NCBI GenBank assembly: GCA_028023455.1
Contig: JAQFVV010000004.1
Location: forward strand, 25,978,001-26,042,000
DNA from: Epiperipatus broadwayi
Lineage: Eukaryota > Animalia > Onychophora
Length of the DNA stretch: 64,000 bases
Direction: 5' to 3'
Positions 25,843 through 39,745 of the stretch are shown in pieces. Each line of letters starts with the position of its first letter. Within the stretch, counting starts at the first letter, position 1. The notes beneath the pieces were generated by a model. That model ran no database searches and had not been told where the DNA came from. It worked only from the letters and a program-made list of their open reading frames with translations. The position numbers and the translations under genes were made by a program.

Positions 25843-28363
25843 ATGCTGGATTTTTAAATATTACCATTTCCCTTTCCATTTACAAGCATTTAACAAAAAA
25901 TTATAAATACAAATTCCGCATAAACATCTTTGCATTTATAAAAAAAAAATGAACATAAAATAATAATAAAAATAAATTATAAGCATATAGCTAATACTTC
26001 AAGTTATAAACCTTAACTATTGGCTTTTCTTGTGTGCGTAAGTATATGACATATCCACAGACATCTCTCACTTATTTTATAATTTGACTTGATTAAAATT
26101 TATATAGATGGCATACACACATTTAATGGTTTTATTACATATTTTAGGCCATTTTATTATGTAATACCATTTTATGCTTGGCCATGAAGTGTGCCTGTCA
26201 TAATACAATATATCCATAACCATCTTTTTTTTAACTAGGATTTATAATATATTATTATGTGTAATCAAATGGCAGTTAATCAGGGATTTAAGTTTTTTTT
26301 TATTATTTTATTCTCTAACAAAAAATATCCATTTATTGACCAATAAATAGAAAAGTACCTATATTGTTATAGATAACCAATCTAAAATAATATGGAATTT
26401 GCATAGAAATTCTAAGCAACCTACAAAAAAGTCAAAATTCCCTTTATCCAACTTTAGAACCTAAGCATAGAAAGTAAATATGTTCATAATTGTATTAATA
26501 TAGAAAGAATATGGTGACAATTGTATATTAAAACTTACTGTAGATAAATATTCAAACTATTGTTATATATATATATATATATTGTAACTGTCTCACTCCC
26601 CTTAAACAAATGACAACCAACCATGAAGTTGTAACTGCCTAAAGCTTAGCTTAATCTTTCAAGAATAAAATATAATTTAATCAATAAGCAGATTACCTTT
26701 CTCATGAATAGTATCCATTAGCACACCTTTGCATCTGAACATTAATATTCAGAATAAATCTCAGAGTTTACATAGCATGTCTATAATATTGAATATGCTA
26801 ATACATCTATATTAACTCATTAAAAGCATTATACTTGTGCCTAGCATAATATCACAGTTAACAAAGTAATATTATAATCTATATATTATTTCCCAGGTTT
26901 TTCAATATCTTAAAGCCTCTTATGCATTTGTGTGATTAAGTTTCTTAGAATATGACTGAATGCAAATGGGCATTTTGTGATTGCATCCAGTGTATATTTC
27001 TTAGCATGTAAACAAAGCTATGATAGGAATGCAATTGAACTATCACAAAAAGTTGAACATAAACAATATTCACTTTATAAACCTATTTAAATAAGCATTT
27101 ATTTTTATAGCGCTCTGCTTTATAAATTGTAATACATTAAAGATCAGCCTTTCCAAGCTATTGTGCATGCGCTTTTTACGAGTGTTAATAATAAATGAAT
27201 ACTTGCACTCCCAACATGAGATATAGTATTTAAGAAAGAATAAAATGAATCCATTTATTCTTTCCAATCCAAATGCTTATATATGGGCAAATCTTAAATC
27301 AGTGTGAAGATGATGATAAATAAAAATGCAAATCTTTGTTTAAAACAACAATTAAATAATTTATTAAACAAAATAATAATGCATAAATACAGGCTAAAAA
27401 TTATAAAATAACTATATTAATATTTTTATGTAATGTTCTTCACATAACAAGTTTACTTATGAGTGCTGTTATCAAAAAGAAAAGTTTGCAGGTAGATGTA
27501 ATGATGTACAACTCTAAATATTGTTTACACATTAATGAAGGTTGCCCCTAGATAGGATTTTAAAATATCCCTATTTCATCTTAAAAATCTAAAGAAAATA
27601 GAGATTTCTTTATGTTTTATAGATCTTTACCCCTTATTTGGGAAAACATTTAACTTTTCTCTAAACAAATACAATATCATCATAGCCCATTTATGCAACA
27701 TGAAGGTCTTAAACAAAACATTCTACTCTACTTATAACCTTGGAATAAATAATTATTTCTTATACTTGGTATTATTATTGTAAGTACACTTTAAAATATA
27801 ACATATTATTTATTTGTTTAAACACATTTATATAGCGATATCAGAGGAAATAAGAAAACAAGATATAAGGTATATAAGACATGAGCATCTCATGTTCAAT
27901 AACAGTATTTAAGAACACTATTATTTAATAATAATGGTAATAATATAACAACCTCTCTTTAAAGCAATATACACCTTTACGCCACTTAGCTATTGTCTAC
28001 TTAGTGATATTTTGCAATAGCGATCATCATCAATTTGTACCCACTACTTCGATGTACAATCGATTATTCGCTATAACGATCGGAAAAAATTTTTAAAAAA
28101 TTTTTTTTGGAAGCCATCTTGAATTTTGCGTCACTGATGTCAGAGATAGCTATATTATACCCAAAAGTAAAAAATATATTATTGTAATATGTATACAGGT
28201 AATGACTTTGCTGTAATTGTATACACATACAATATTTTATTCATAAAACCCTTAAAATATCTATAATTACTTTATCTATAATACTGTATACATCATATAT
28301 AATAAATAACACAGCAAATGTTCATCCACTTTTTCTTTTAAAATACGTATATATGTTCTACAA

Positions 28364-28696
28364 TATCAACAAATTAAAAATCCTTCTCCTTTTTCTTTCC
28401 AAAAACATTATTTTCTTATCTCAATACTGAACATATACAGTATCTACATTTATATAATACAAAAACTGCAACGTTTCAACATTGATTTGTAATTAAATAA
28501 TGTAAAAGAAAGAGTAATAAAATATAGCAGTGGGAGAGAGATATCCTTGAAAATGACTGTATGAAGATAGACAGTTGAAACGGAGTTTTGTATTATATAA
28601 ATACTGTATATACAGTATATATATATATATGTTCAGTATTGAGATAAGAAAATAAGGTTTTTGAAAAGAAAAAGGAGGATTTTTAATTTGTTGATA
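28364..28696. repeat. Long inverted repeat (MITE/foldback-like), ~120-bp arms, ~93-bp spacer
   Basis: 28364-28480 is the near reverse complement of 28574-28696. No TSD recognised. Confidence 0.8.
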
Positions 28697-29915
28697 ATAC
28701 TGTATACAAATACTCCAATATATAAATACAGTACAAGACAAATAAAATACAATTATCACAAACTTTCAGGAAAACACTAAATATGAATATTAAACTGCAT
28801 GTGCGTGTTTCTTAAATACGATATATTATTTTTAGAACACCTGGATAATTATGTAAAAATAGTTATTGATTTTGTAACTTCGTTAATAAACATGTTGTTT
28901 ACACTTAAGATGTTTCAAATCAGAAGAAAAACAACATTTTAAAACGATGTCGAATTAGAAAAGTTAAAAAAAAACAGATTGCATTTAATTAAAAATCTTT
29001 CTACTCGAACAGGGGGGGGGGGCATTATTACATTACTAAAAATATACAGTAAGAAAAATAAATCTACCTGTATGTTTTAGAAAATTAGAAGTTAGATTTT
29101 TTACTTTGAAAATAAGTTGATTTTTTTTCTATATGTTCAATTAAATGATTAATAATTAAACATTGTTTTTTAATTTGAATAATTTCACATAAGTAATAAA
29201 ATAAATGTATAATAGTAATATATACTGTAATACAATTTTTTAAAAAAAGCACTTCAGTATAGATTTTTTTTTCATTACGATGAAAAACTTCCGCGGAAGA
29301 ATATAAAAACTTTTAAAATCAAATTTAGTTTCATTGCTGTTCTGTACTTTTTAAAGTGAAAATATGCATTTTTTTTTCCTAGTGATATAAAACTTTTCTT
29401 TTTAGATACCGTATTTAGTCATCATTGTCATGAAAAAAATCAGGAAAATCTTTGAGCTTGGAAATCAATGTGGATATTTTATGTCACAGGAACCGACCAA
29501 TTTTTTCCCATAGATCCCCATTATAATTACATATTTTGTCTACAATATTCTTGCTTAATGATGAGTTTTGGAGGACCAATTGCCATTGCTAGGCGGGGTA
29601 AAGGTGTACTTAAACACATCAATCTAAATAATTGATCTGTACTATCTGGTCTTCCTATTACTGGTGAGAATGTCGATCAATCCTAATATATGCAATGAAA
29701 AATTATTACACAATAGAAAGACTGTAAGAAAATATATTAGACAACCATCATTATTTATGAAAGTTTATGAATCTTAAACCTAGCTGTTGATGTACACATT
29801 TCTATAGATTTCCTCAATAAAATTTCTTTTTCGTGACTATATTTTGAAATATGAATTTTTTCTACAGTACAGGTTTTTTATACATGCACTTACATATGTA
29901 ATACATAGGTGGTTT

Positions 29916-30045
29916 GAACTCAGACTTTCATATGACCTCAACCATCCATGCTATACCTACTGCTCTTTTCGACATGTGTGTGATCAAGGGTATTAGCAGT
30001 ATGAGATAGCATAGATGGTTGAAGGTCATATGAAAGTCTAAGTTC
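29916..30045. repeat. 130-bp hairpin, ~50-bp arms
   Basis: gaactcagactttcatatgacctcaaccatccatgctat pairs with atagcatagatggttgaaggtcatatgaaagtctaagttc. Confidence 0.85.
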
Positions 30046-31648
30046 ATGACTATAATTATTTAATGCAGAACATTTTCCTGTTATAATATATATAAAATCC
30101 TTATTTTTAATTTCCAAAATCTTGTTGACAGGTGAAATAAAATATATTATTAGCATTGATATATTTATGACATTGTATTTTTAACTTAAATGCAATTATA
30201 AAGTTATTTATCACAGATTTTTAAAATCCATTAAGGGGATAATTAAGTCATATATTCCTAAGACGAATAGATTTTCTTTTGATTGTGCATTTAAGAAGTG
30301 AGGGATACTATTCCATTTTCCAATCTCCCACCAGGTTACTTTTTTTTTTTTTTAGAAAGTTTTAGCAAAACACATCTTTTAGCTTAAATCTGAGTTTCAC
30401 AGGTGTGCTAAATTGACTATTTGCGTGAAACTGGAGAACAAAAGTAAAAATCTAATCTGCTGATTATAGCAAGCTTAATTATTTCACAAATTTCTTGAAG
30501 ACTTGGATATTGGATATGTTTTTTAAAATATTTTTTTTTTATTGGAGAATTTCATAGACTTTGGTAAGTAAATAATTAATTAATCTTCAATTAATAAATC
30601 TTGTTTGATCTTGATGATCTTAAGGCTAGCCAAACATTTCGGTTTCAACCTGCTGTAATGGCAAATTTAATATTTAAAATTATACAGTTTATAGAAGGAA
30701 TCTTTCAAGCAAAAGAGCACAGAATTTCCCAAGCGCTTGCTTTTATAGAGTATGCACATGATTAAAAAAATGACTTGTATTCCTGAGTGCTTGCTTTTAT
30801 AAGTTGACACGTGAATTAAAAAATATGTATTTGAACTCTACTTTCATTCAATTGCAATTTGTATGTGAAATTTCAAAGTAATTGCTTAGAGATCCAGGCA
30901 ATGATCTTTTTACTTTCAAATGACAAAGTCAGCTTTATTTATAACAATAAATACATTATTATTTACATTTATTTCTACACAGAATAATATATTATTACAT
31001 TATTTACTAGAATAAACACGGTTTAATTTTTTTAATCGACTTTCTCGCATATATAGGATTTCTTATTATCCCTTTGGCTTAATACTTTATATGTTTTTAA
31101 TCTTTACATTTCTTTTTATTATAGCTATGCATACAAACAACCACACACACCCTCATTTAAATTTTGTATGAAAGTTAAATGTGTTTACGATTAATTTTAA
31201 GTTGAGTATAAATTACTGAATTTACGATTATGTTGCGATCGGATTCTTTATTTTAGTGAAGGATGTTTAACAATAAAATGTGCTTCATTGTAATGTAGGA
31301 TGGGTAATCTAATTTTGTTAATGGATGTTCTTACTGAATTTTAAATTTAACCACGATTTCTAAAATTTAGTAACACTTTTCTATACTAATTTTCAAGTAC
31401 GATCACCATTTTGATCTCCCTTGGCAACGATATCTCATATATATATATAAGATAAATTGAAAACTGCAATTATTATTTTAAAAAAAGTTAATTATTTTAC
31501 ACTATTGGATTAATAGGGTTACTATCATAATGTATATATTAACAAAGATTTTCACAATTATGTGATGAAAATAAAATCTTGATTTAGTTACAAAAAAACA
31601 AAACAGTATAACCCCAAAAAGATTTCACTTGTTATATGTATTATATAA

Positions 31649-31821
31649 TTACAAAAAAATCAAGTCAGATGTCACATGACTTAATTTAAACAAGCCTGTA
31701 TTACAAATGTTACATAATTAAGAGCTGACATCCTAGGACCTCACTGAGGAAGCCAGTAGCAGAAAACTGTCTCGGATTAGGGATATTCTGCAAAGCTTGT
31801 TAAGAGCTTATTTGCAAGCTC
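31649..31821. mobile_element. Short inverted retrozyme-like family D insertion with candidate 9-bp TSD
   Basis: Minus arm 31649-31716 and plus arm 31726-31821 both match the 57-58 kb unit. ATTATATAA at 31640-31648 and 31822-31830 (low complexity). Confidence 0.75.
31738..31777 (+). ncRNA. Type I hammerhead ribozyme motif, family D, partly decayed
   Basis: acctca CTGAGGA agc cagta gca GAAAA CT GTC tcggat. Confidence 0.6.
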
Positions 31822-34800
31822 ATTATATAAACTAGTATGGAATATATATTTTATTTTAATGATAACAAATTCAATTTTTAAGGCAATAAAGTAAGAAATT
31901 TATTTGTGGTTAAGTTGACACAAACTTCAATCCTGGATTTCTTTTTTTTTACACAATTTTATTCTTTAAACGGTTATATAATACTTAACATCCAATAAAT
32001 GTAGTTCAAATGCATAGATTATATATAATATTTATTAATATCACGAAAGACTAAAACCTTCAACAGAAGCGCCTTAAAAATGTTTATGTGACAGCCAATC
32101 AGATGCAATAATGACTGCATGTGGAAAAATACGTATTAAATAGTGAAATACGTATTAAATAGTGAAACCAAAGGTTTTAATAGAATGGGAGCTTTTTATT
32201 CTAGAAAAGGGCTATCCATGAATCATATGTGAGATTAAATTTAGAAATATACATATGTGTGTGTGGAAATAGTTAAATGATTTGGTGTAGACATACAGGG
32301 AAACAATTAGATGAAAGAACCAAAGAACATAATAATGCAATTAATTAATAGAAAAGATTATTAATTCCCCTTATATATATTTATTATTTAAAATATGGAC
32401 AAAATAGATTGTGTAAAAAATATAAGACCTTTCAACTATATTAAAGAACCTAATAGAAAGAAAATACATGATACCAATTAAATTAATTATATTGCTTATT
32501 GGATATGTATTGTGGTAAATATTTAGATTAATTTTTCCTTAAGTAAAATGAAACAAAATTACAGTTTTAATAAATAAATTAGTGTTTGAATTTAACTTGA
32601 CCTCCTGAATGACAAACCATATAACTGTAGTAAGCATCAATACACTAGTCATAAAACAAACTAATTTTTATCATGCTCATTTTAATTTTGTTTTATATAT
32701 ATTTATATTTTATAACTTATATATATAAATATTGAAATTTTAATGTGATTTTCCATTAGTTTTTTATAGGTAGAGTTCAGCCACAACAACCATTTAAAAA
32801 CTGGGTTGAGAAACTAAATCTGTCTAACCACCAGCAGCATTGCTATTACTCTGAGAAAATCTCATGATATTATACCGAGCATAAATTGTATCTATAATCA
32901 TGAATAGGATATAGAAGTAAAATACATTAAAAGTGACAGAACTGGGCCACAATCAACAGATTTTGAGTTACAGAATCTATCAATCTACTATAGCATTAAG
33001 CCTTGAAGAGCACAAGTGTTTAATAAACAACTTTGGCTTAACATCTGATTACATACTTAATAATGATATAATAAATTTTATAAGATTAACTCCAATTTTA
33101 TTTCATTCTATATAGACACACTCTCTCTCACTCACACACACATACATACATCAACACATACAGTTTTATTATTATATCAATGATATTAAGACCTGTGGAT
33201 TAAATAACTCATGGTTCAAAAAATATTGAATAAAAAAAAAAATTGAAACTAATAATTTTTACAGTATAGTAGCAACTATTTTCTTATTTCACATACTCAT
33301 TATAGCAAAGAGCATTGTTGTACAAAAAAAATTAGACCAATTAAAGCATTATGTGCATACAATTAATACTTCTCCATCTATATTCATTAGTGGTAACTAA
33401 TCAAGCTGTTCAAAATTATTTTAAATAACAATAAAAATGTGCTTACGGATCAATTACAAAGATTAATTTAGAATAGTTATAATTGTTTCTATTCATGATA
33501 GTGTGCTGTGGCTATGAATGTGAAAATTACAATTTCATTTATGATAAGAAAAAAAAAATTCATGTAAAATTACTTGGGCTTCTGAAATGGGTAAAGTTAT
33601 ATTCAAAAGACATAATCAATATTTTGTAAAGGCTGAAAAAGTATTATATTTATGGGTAGAAGATATAACAAGAATATTGTATTGTGCCAAAAAGAACTGA
33701 ATTTAAATAAAAACCTTAGTAAAAAAATCCAAGACATTTATTGCAAGAAATTAATAGTTGTATAGTAAAAATTTAGTGTGAACTTAAAAGCAAAGCTTTT
33801 AAAAGTGTTTTTTTTAAAATATTTGGTAGAATGGATTACTAGCATATGCACTGAGATCATTTTCACTGGTTTAATTTTCTATTTCACAGAGCAGCTATTG
33901 CATAATATTATATAAAATAGTTGCTGATATCAAACAGATACTATGCATTTGAAAATTATGAATTTTTAGTGACATCATCAATTTTTAAAATAAGAAGAAT
34001 GAAAAAAATAGAGTTTTGATGTGTTTTGATAGTACACTTATGTATGTATACCATAAAAAGGTTTTCTCTGCTTCCCTCACAATTTATAATTCCAATGTTA
34101 TTTTCATAACTACATATTTCGTTTTTGTTATTTTTTTGATATCTTAATATTTATATACTTAAATTATGAATACATTCATTAATATGAAGGTAAAAAACTT
34201 AGAACATATTCTCTATATGTATGTTCTAAATGTACTAAATTATATTATAGATAAGTATACACTGTATTTAATTGTTAAGAATTTTTGGATAATAGTATAG
34301 AATACATATGTTAAAAAGGAATATGATTTAGACTTTGTTATTATCTGTAGGATTCTTGTAAATGTTTGAAACTAAATGATAAAAATATAAAGAAAACAAC
34401 TGAATGTATAAAATGATCTGGTATGACTATGGTTTTCACTCCATAAATATCAGAATATAATTTAATGATTAGTCATATTTAAGTTTATTATGGTATAAAA
34501 CTGGATAAAGCTGCATGTTACAGACAGACAAAATTTGTAGCAATATATTCTGCAATTTTGGTACATTAAATCTTAAGACTGGGAAACACAAACTTCAAAG
34601 AATTTAGGCTTGACATTGACAAAATTATGTAATTAATTATGCAATTTGTTATAAAATGATCATATTAATAAATTTATTATCTGTAGTAATTTAGTTTATA
34701 CTACTTTCATTGATTATTTATCAATGACTTTTTACAATAAATTTTAAAGTATATTAAATCTCAAAAAAAAAAACACTCGTAAATCCTATCTGTAAGGCTA

Positions 34801-35480
34801 TGTAACTAATACTTCATTTTCAATACTCATATTCTCCAATTCAATATTGATCATCTATTCAGATCACCATTATTATAAGAAATTATTCAGTGATACAATT
34901 CATATGTTAGTTGCAATGAAATTAAAACATTCTATATTTAAAATACATCACTGAATCCTAATATATTCAGGTTCTATAATAATTATTTTATGTACACAAA
35001 TCCCTATCTAATTCAGATGAGTAACATTGGGATACAATTCAAAATACAATAATTTAAATAAAGCAAATAATTATGTAATTCAGTGACAGTTTTTTCTCAA
35101 AAACTTGGAAAAAACCCACAGATAATGATGCATTTCTAGTAAATCATCATCAAAAACATTGCCATTCACATATGACTCATATAATGTTACTATAGATATT
35201 CAGAAGATCATCACAGTCCTGTTTGGAAATCATAAAATACAATTACTACACATGGCTTTAGCTCTTGAAATTAAATCTGACAACTGCTAACTCATTCTTG
35301 AATGTAGTCAGCCATTTTTGTCAGGAATATTAAGATAATACTCAGTCAACAATGATAAGACTATCTTGGATTACTCAGCATTGAACTCTCAGTCCATCAT
35401 ATATATATATGTAAAAATAAATAAAATAGAAGTCTATTAAGAGTTACAAATAAATGATTTAATGACTATTGAAATACTAT

Positions 35481-35953
35481 AAACATCATATAATCACTAT
35501 TTCTTATGCTTACACAAGCTGTTTACACAGAGACTAAACTCTCCATACAGTAGCACCACCAGTGCAAGCCAGAGTAATCAATGGGTGCAAGAAAGTTTTG
35601 CATAAAATGCCTATCTAGTATGGATGCTAAACTGAGTTCAGATCTATACAACTGTACAATCTAATGAGTTTGAATTGAAAACATTACTGTGTTTTCATTT
35701 TGAACTCGAAGCTTTATTGTTAGCTAATAAGGTAAAAGGTGGCTGCTGGAGGGTTGCATTAAATTCTAAGATCTAGGTGCAGTGCTCTGAGATTCAAGGC
35801 TCCTCAGTGATGAAAGCCACAAGCTAGAAACTAGTCTGGGGGTATTGGATGAGTAGATACTAGATAGAGATTTTATGCAAAAGCCTTCTTGCATCCATTG
35901 ATTACTCTGGCTTGCACTGGTGATGCTATTTTATGGAGAGTTTAGGTTCTGTG
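35481..35953. mobile_element. Inverted retrozyme-like family C insertion
   Basis: Minus arm ~35481-35620 and plus arm 35621-35953. HHR at 35801-35842 with C3 changed to G. Possible decayed TSD TTGAAATAC(T/C)AT at 35469-35480 and 35954-35965. Confidence 0.75.
35801..35842 (+). ncRNA. Type I hammerhead ribozyme motif, family C, core substitution
   Basis: tcctca GTGATGA a agc cacaa gct a GAAAC TA GTC tggggg. Confidence 0.6.
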
Positions 35954-37991
35954 TTGAAATACCATACATATAAAGGAGAACTTAAGTGTGCACACATCTA
36001 AAATACTGTATATATAATTTATCACAATAATTATATATATTTAAAAAAACAGAATTAATATTATTTTTAATGATTAGATAAGAGAGATTTTGTAATAAAT
36101 AACTTTTATTTATTTATTATAAAAAGTAATTTATTTGTTTTGATTTTATAAATAAATAAAAATAAATAAGTTGACATTTGTTTGCTTTGGACTGATTTTA
36201 TGCTTCAATTGATCTCTGAAAGTGTAAAAGCTTTTAAAATGTAGAAGTTTTAATGCAAAGAAAGGCAAAGAAGAAGGACAAATAAAAACAAAGGTCTTTT
36301 TTTAAAAAAAAAGAATGACTAACAAAATATAAAAAGATTGAAAATGAAATTGCTCCAGTACTCTATAAATTATAAAAATTATTATTATTATTTTAAATAA
36401 AATAATAAAAATGTTAATTCAAAGTAAAAAAAAAACATCATACAAAAAAATATTGTGACAGAACATGAATTGTAATGATAGATACAAAAAAAAGTTTTCA
36501 AATTGACAGATCTGTTAAAAATTACATTGTACTTATTTTTGCAGCAGTAATCTCAGGATCAACAAAGAGCTATGAAAAAATGCAGACAAATGAAATACAA
36601 CATGATAAATGGAGAAATATCCCAATAAAACAATTCATAATCTAGACTAATATATTAAATTTGAAATTAAGGGAAATAATAAAATATATTATTTGCAGAT
36701 TTTAATGATATTTAAACTCATGATATACTAAAATTACCTAATAGCTATCATTATAAGCATTCTAAAAATTTATACATTAATGTTTACAAAAATGTACCAG
36801 AGTTAAAGATTAAGCTGATAATATTTACATATCAATGGAAATAAAAATTTATGTTTCTCTTTCATCTTTTGCATGTGACCATATTTTTTTATTCTAGGGA
36901 GAAATAAAATGCAGTCAAAAATATTTTGAGAAATGTCACTATCATCCATGTATCAGTTAATGTGATAATCACCAACCAATGCCTATTTAATTTTTGGCTG
37001 TTTAGAAATTGATAATGGCATACAGTTCCATACTGCATAGAAAACAATATTACCCACTATGGATTTCATTATCCTTAGAATCAAATTTAATTATGTATGT
37101 GATACTTTATTTCCAAGTGAAACTTTTCAATTATTATTAATATTTCACAGTATTATTCATAAAAAAAAAAACATTTCTTTTATTTTCTATATTTTCATTG
37201 CTCTCATCTATTTATAAGATTTCTGCTAATATATATCTTTTATTCTGGCTACCCTTGCATTTTATTGAATCTAAGAGTATGACTCCCTTTTTCTTTATAA
37301 ATTCTTAGTAGAATTATCCTTTAACTTATCTGATTATTTATTTATTATGTCCAAAGTATAATTATACTAAATTATTTTCATCACTACCTTGTTGCACCAA
37401 TAATATGTTTCTTGTTGTACTTTAATCAAATAATAATAGAGGTTAACTAGCTTTTAATGTAAGGGTTCAAAAATATGATTAAAATAATGTATGCTTTCAA
37501 GATTGCACTTTACTTAAGACTTTAGCCTCTATATTAGTTAAATCATTGTTTCCTAAAATAGATAGCTTTTTTATATGGTTAGTCAGGATAGCATGATAAC
37601 TTGATTAAATAAATTCATATATAATTTTCATAATTGTTCAGACATTATATCAAAACCTGCATCTGTCATTCTGCAAATATTCCATTATCAATGGCAATAC
37701 CATATCTTAAAACAAAATTTGACAATAAATAAACATATGGTTAATAGCATTTAACAATTCTGTTTAATTAGACAAAATCATTTTTTACTTATAATTATTC
37801 AGCTGATAATATAATTTGAAATGTCTATGACCATTTTACTATTGTAGTGAAACATACATCCAGTGAAAATCTTAAACACTAACCAATGAACATTTTGATA
37901 TGCAATCAATAGTTACATAATCAAAAATATCTATATAAATTTTAAATACACTAATTCATTAATATGCTTATATATTTTTAATCTGCTATAT

Positions 37992-38464
37992 CATCATCAT
38001 CATGATCAACCATTATCAGTCCACTTCAGGATGAAGGTCTCTCTGAGTTTAATCCATATTCTCCGATGTTTAGCTTTTCTTCTCCACATCACCCCTGCAC
38101 ACTTTCTTATTTCATCAATCCATCTCACATGTGGTCTCTTTCTGGGTCTTTTACAATCTCTTGGAATCCAGTTTAAGACTTTAATTGTCCATCTATTATC
38201 ATCTTTTCTAGCAATATGTCCAGCCCAACTCCACTTCAATCTTTTCAGTGAGGTCAGTAACACCTGTTTGTTCTCTTACCCATACATTGTGTTTTCAATC
38301 TCTTCTTATTACTCCCAACATGCATCTCTCCATACTTCTTTGAGTGGTCTGGAGTCTTTGTATTGCTCTTCTATTAAGTGTCCAAGTCTCAGATCCATAA
38401 GTAAGAACTGGTAAAACACTTTTGTTGAAAACCTTCCTTTTCAAACATATAGATATATATGCCT
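37992..38464 (-). mobile_element. RTE family A 3' fragment with (GAT)n tail and 11-bp TSD
   Basis: ORF 38006..38263 LKWSWAGHIARKDDNRWT; ATCTGCTATAT at 37981-37991 and 38465-38475. Confidence 0.92.
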
Positions 38465-39029
38465 ATCTGCTATATACATAATCATATAAATTCTTATTTC
38501 TTAGAAGAAAACAATTCTTCTACAAAGTGTAAATTATATTCTTGGAAGAAAATAATCTAAATGCTTTACCTCTATTATTATTGGTGAATTAAAAAAATTC
38601 ATATTTTCAAATTATAAATTTCTTATCGTGAAGTTAATCACCAGCATGCACTACTTCTGGTTCATGAATCAATTATTTTTATCAAAGTGCACAAACATAA
38701 TTATAATGTTGTGTTTTTTAAATTTAAATTTAATTTTAATATTATTATTTAGAATCAACTTTTAACTTTTCTATAAAATCTATTTCAAAATCTTGTATTG
38801 TGCAGTTTCATTTTTTCTGGTGATATTTTCTCCAGAAAATGAAACATTTTGAACTTACTATTTAAAGTTTATATCCAATTCATACTAGAGCTTCTTGTAA
38901 AGATATTTTTCCTGTTCTCAAGACATCATAGGTATTATTTAACTTCAGTATACCAATTAGTTAGCTTTTGTTATTATGTTGAAATAAGATCAGTTGTGTA
39001 GTTATAATGAGCATGTTAATAGCTCTAAA

Positions 39030-39745
39030 CAAACTTTTCGATAAATGTCTGAAAATTTTAGATTTTCTACTTATTAGTTAAGTATTCAATAAATGCTGGG
39101 TTTGACTTTGTATTTTAGATCTAGTGTCTGAATGTCCTAGTGCCTCATTAATGAGAGCCATTAGCTCAAAATCAGTTTGGGATAGGCATAAGTCTAGATA
39201 GAGATTTTAAATGCTTTCCCTTGCAGCATTTATCAAAAAAGCTTGTTTAGAACTATTATCACACTTATTATATTACATTTGTAACTACAATCTAATTAAA
39301 TCACAATGTATGACTTGGTTTCCTTACTATTATAGTTTGGCTTTTAAGGCTAAAGCTATTAATATATGGTGTATCTGAATTTCATTCAGTCCTATATGGA
39401 TATTTAAGTTAGATAGCTGGATTTGAAGACATATAGATATCTGAAATTTACAGATTTTCTACATAGTATTTAAGTATTCAATAAATGCTGGACATGAGGT
39501 TGTATTTTACATCTAGTGTCTGAAGGTCATAGTGCTTCACTGACAAGAGCTATTAACTCAAAACCAATTTGGAAATAGGGATCATTCTAGATAAAGCTTT
39601 TAAATGCTTTCTCTTGTGCATTCATTAAAAAATTTACTTAAAGCTATCAGCATGCTCATTATATTATATTTGTAAATACAAGCTAATTAAGTCACATGAT
39701 GTATGACTTGGTTTCCTTACTATTATTATGTAGCTAGGTTTTTTA
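39030..39745 (+). mobile_element. Retrozyme-like subfamily D', tandem dimer, 392-bp period
   Basis: gattttctac at 39061/39453 and ctagtgtctgaa at 39121/39513. Decayed HHRs at 39142-39183 and 39534-39575. Sequence is homologous to the 57-58 kb unit. Confidence 0.8.
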
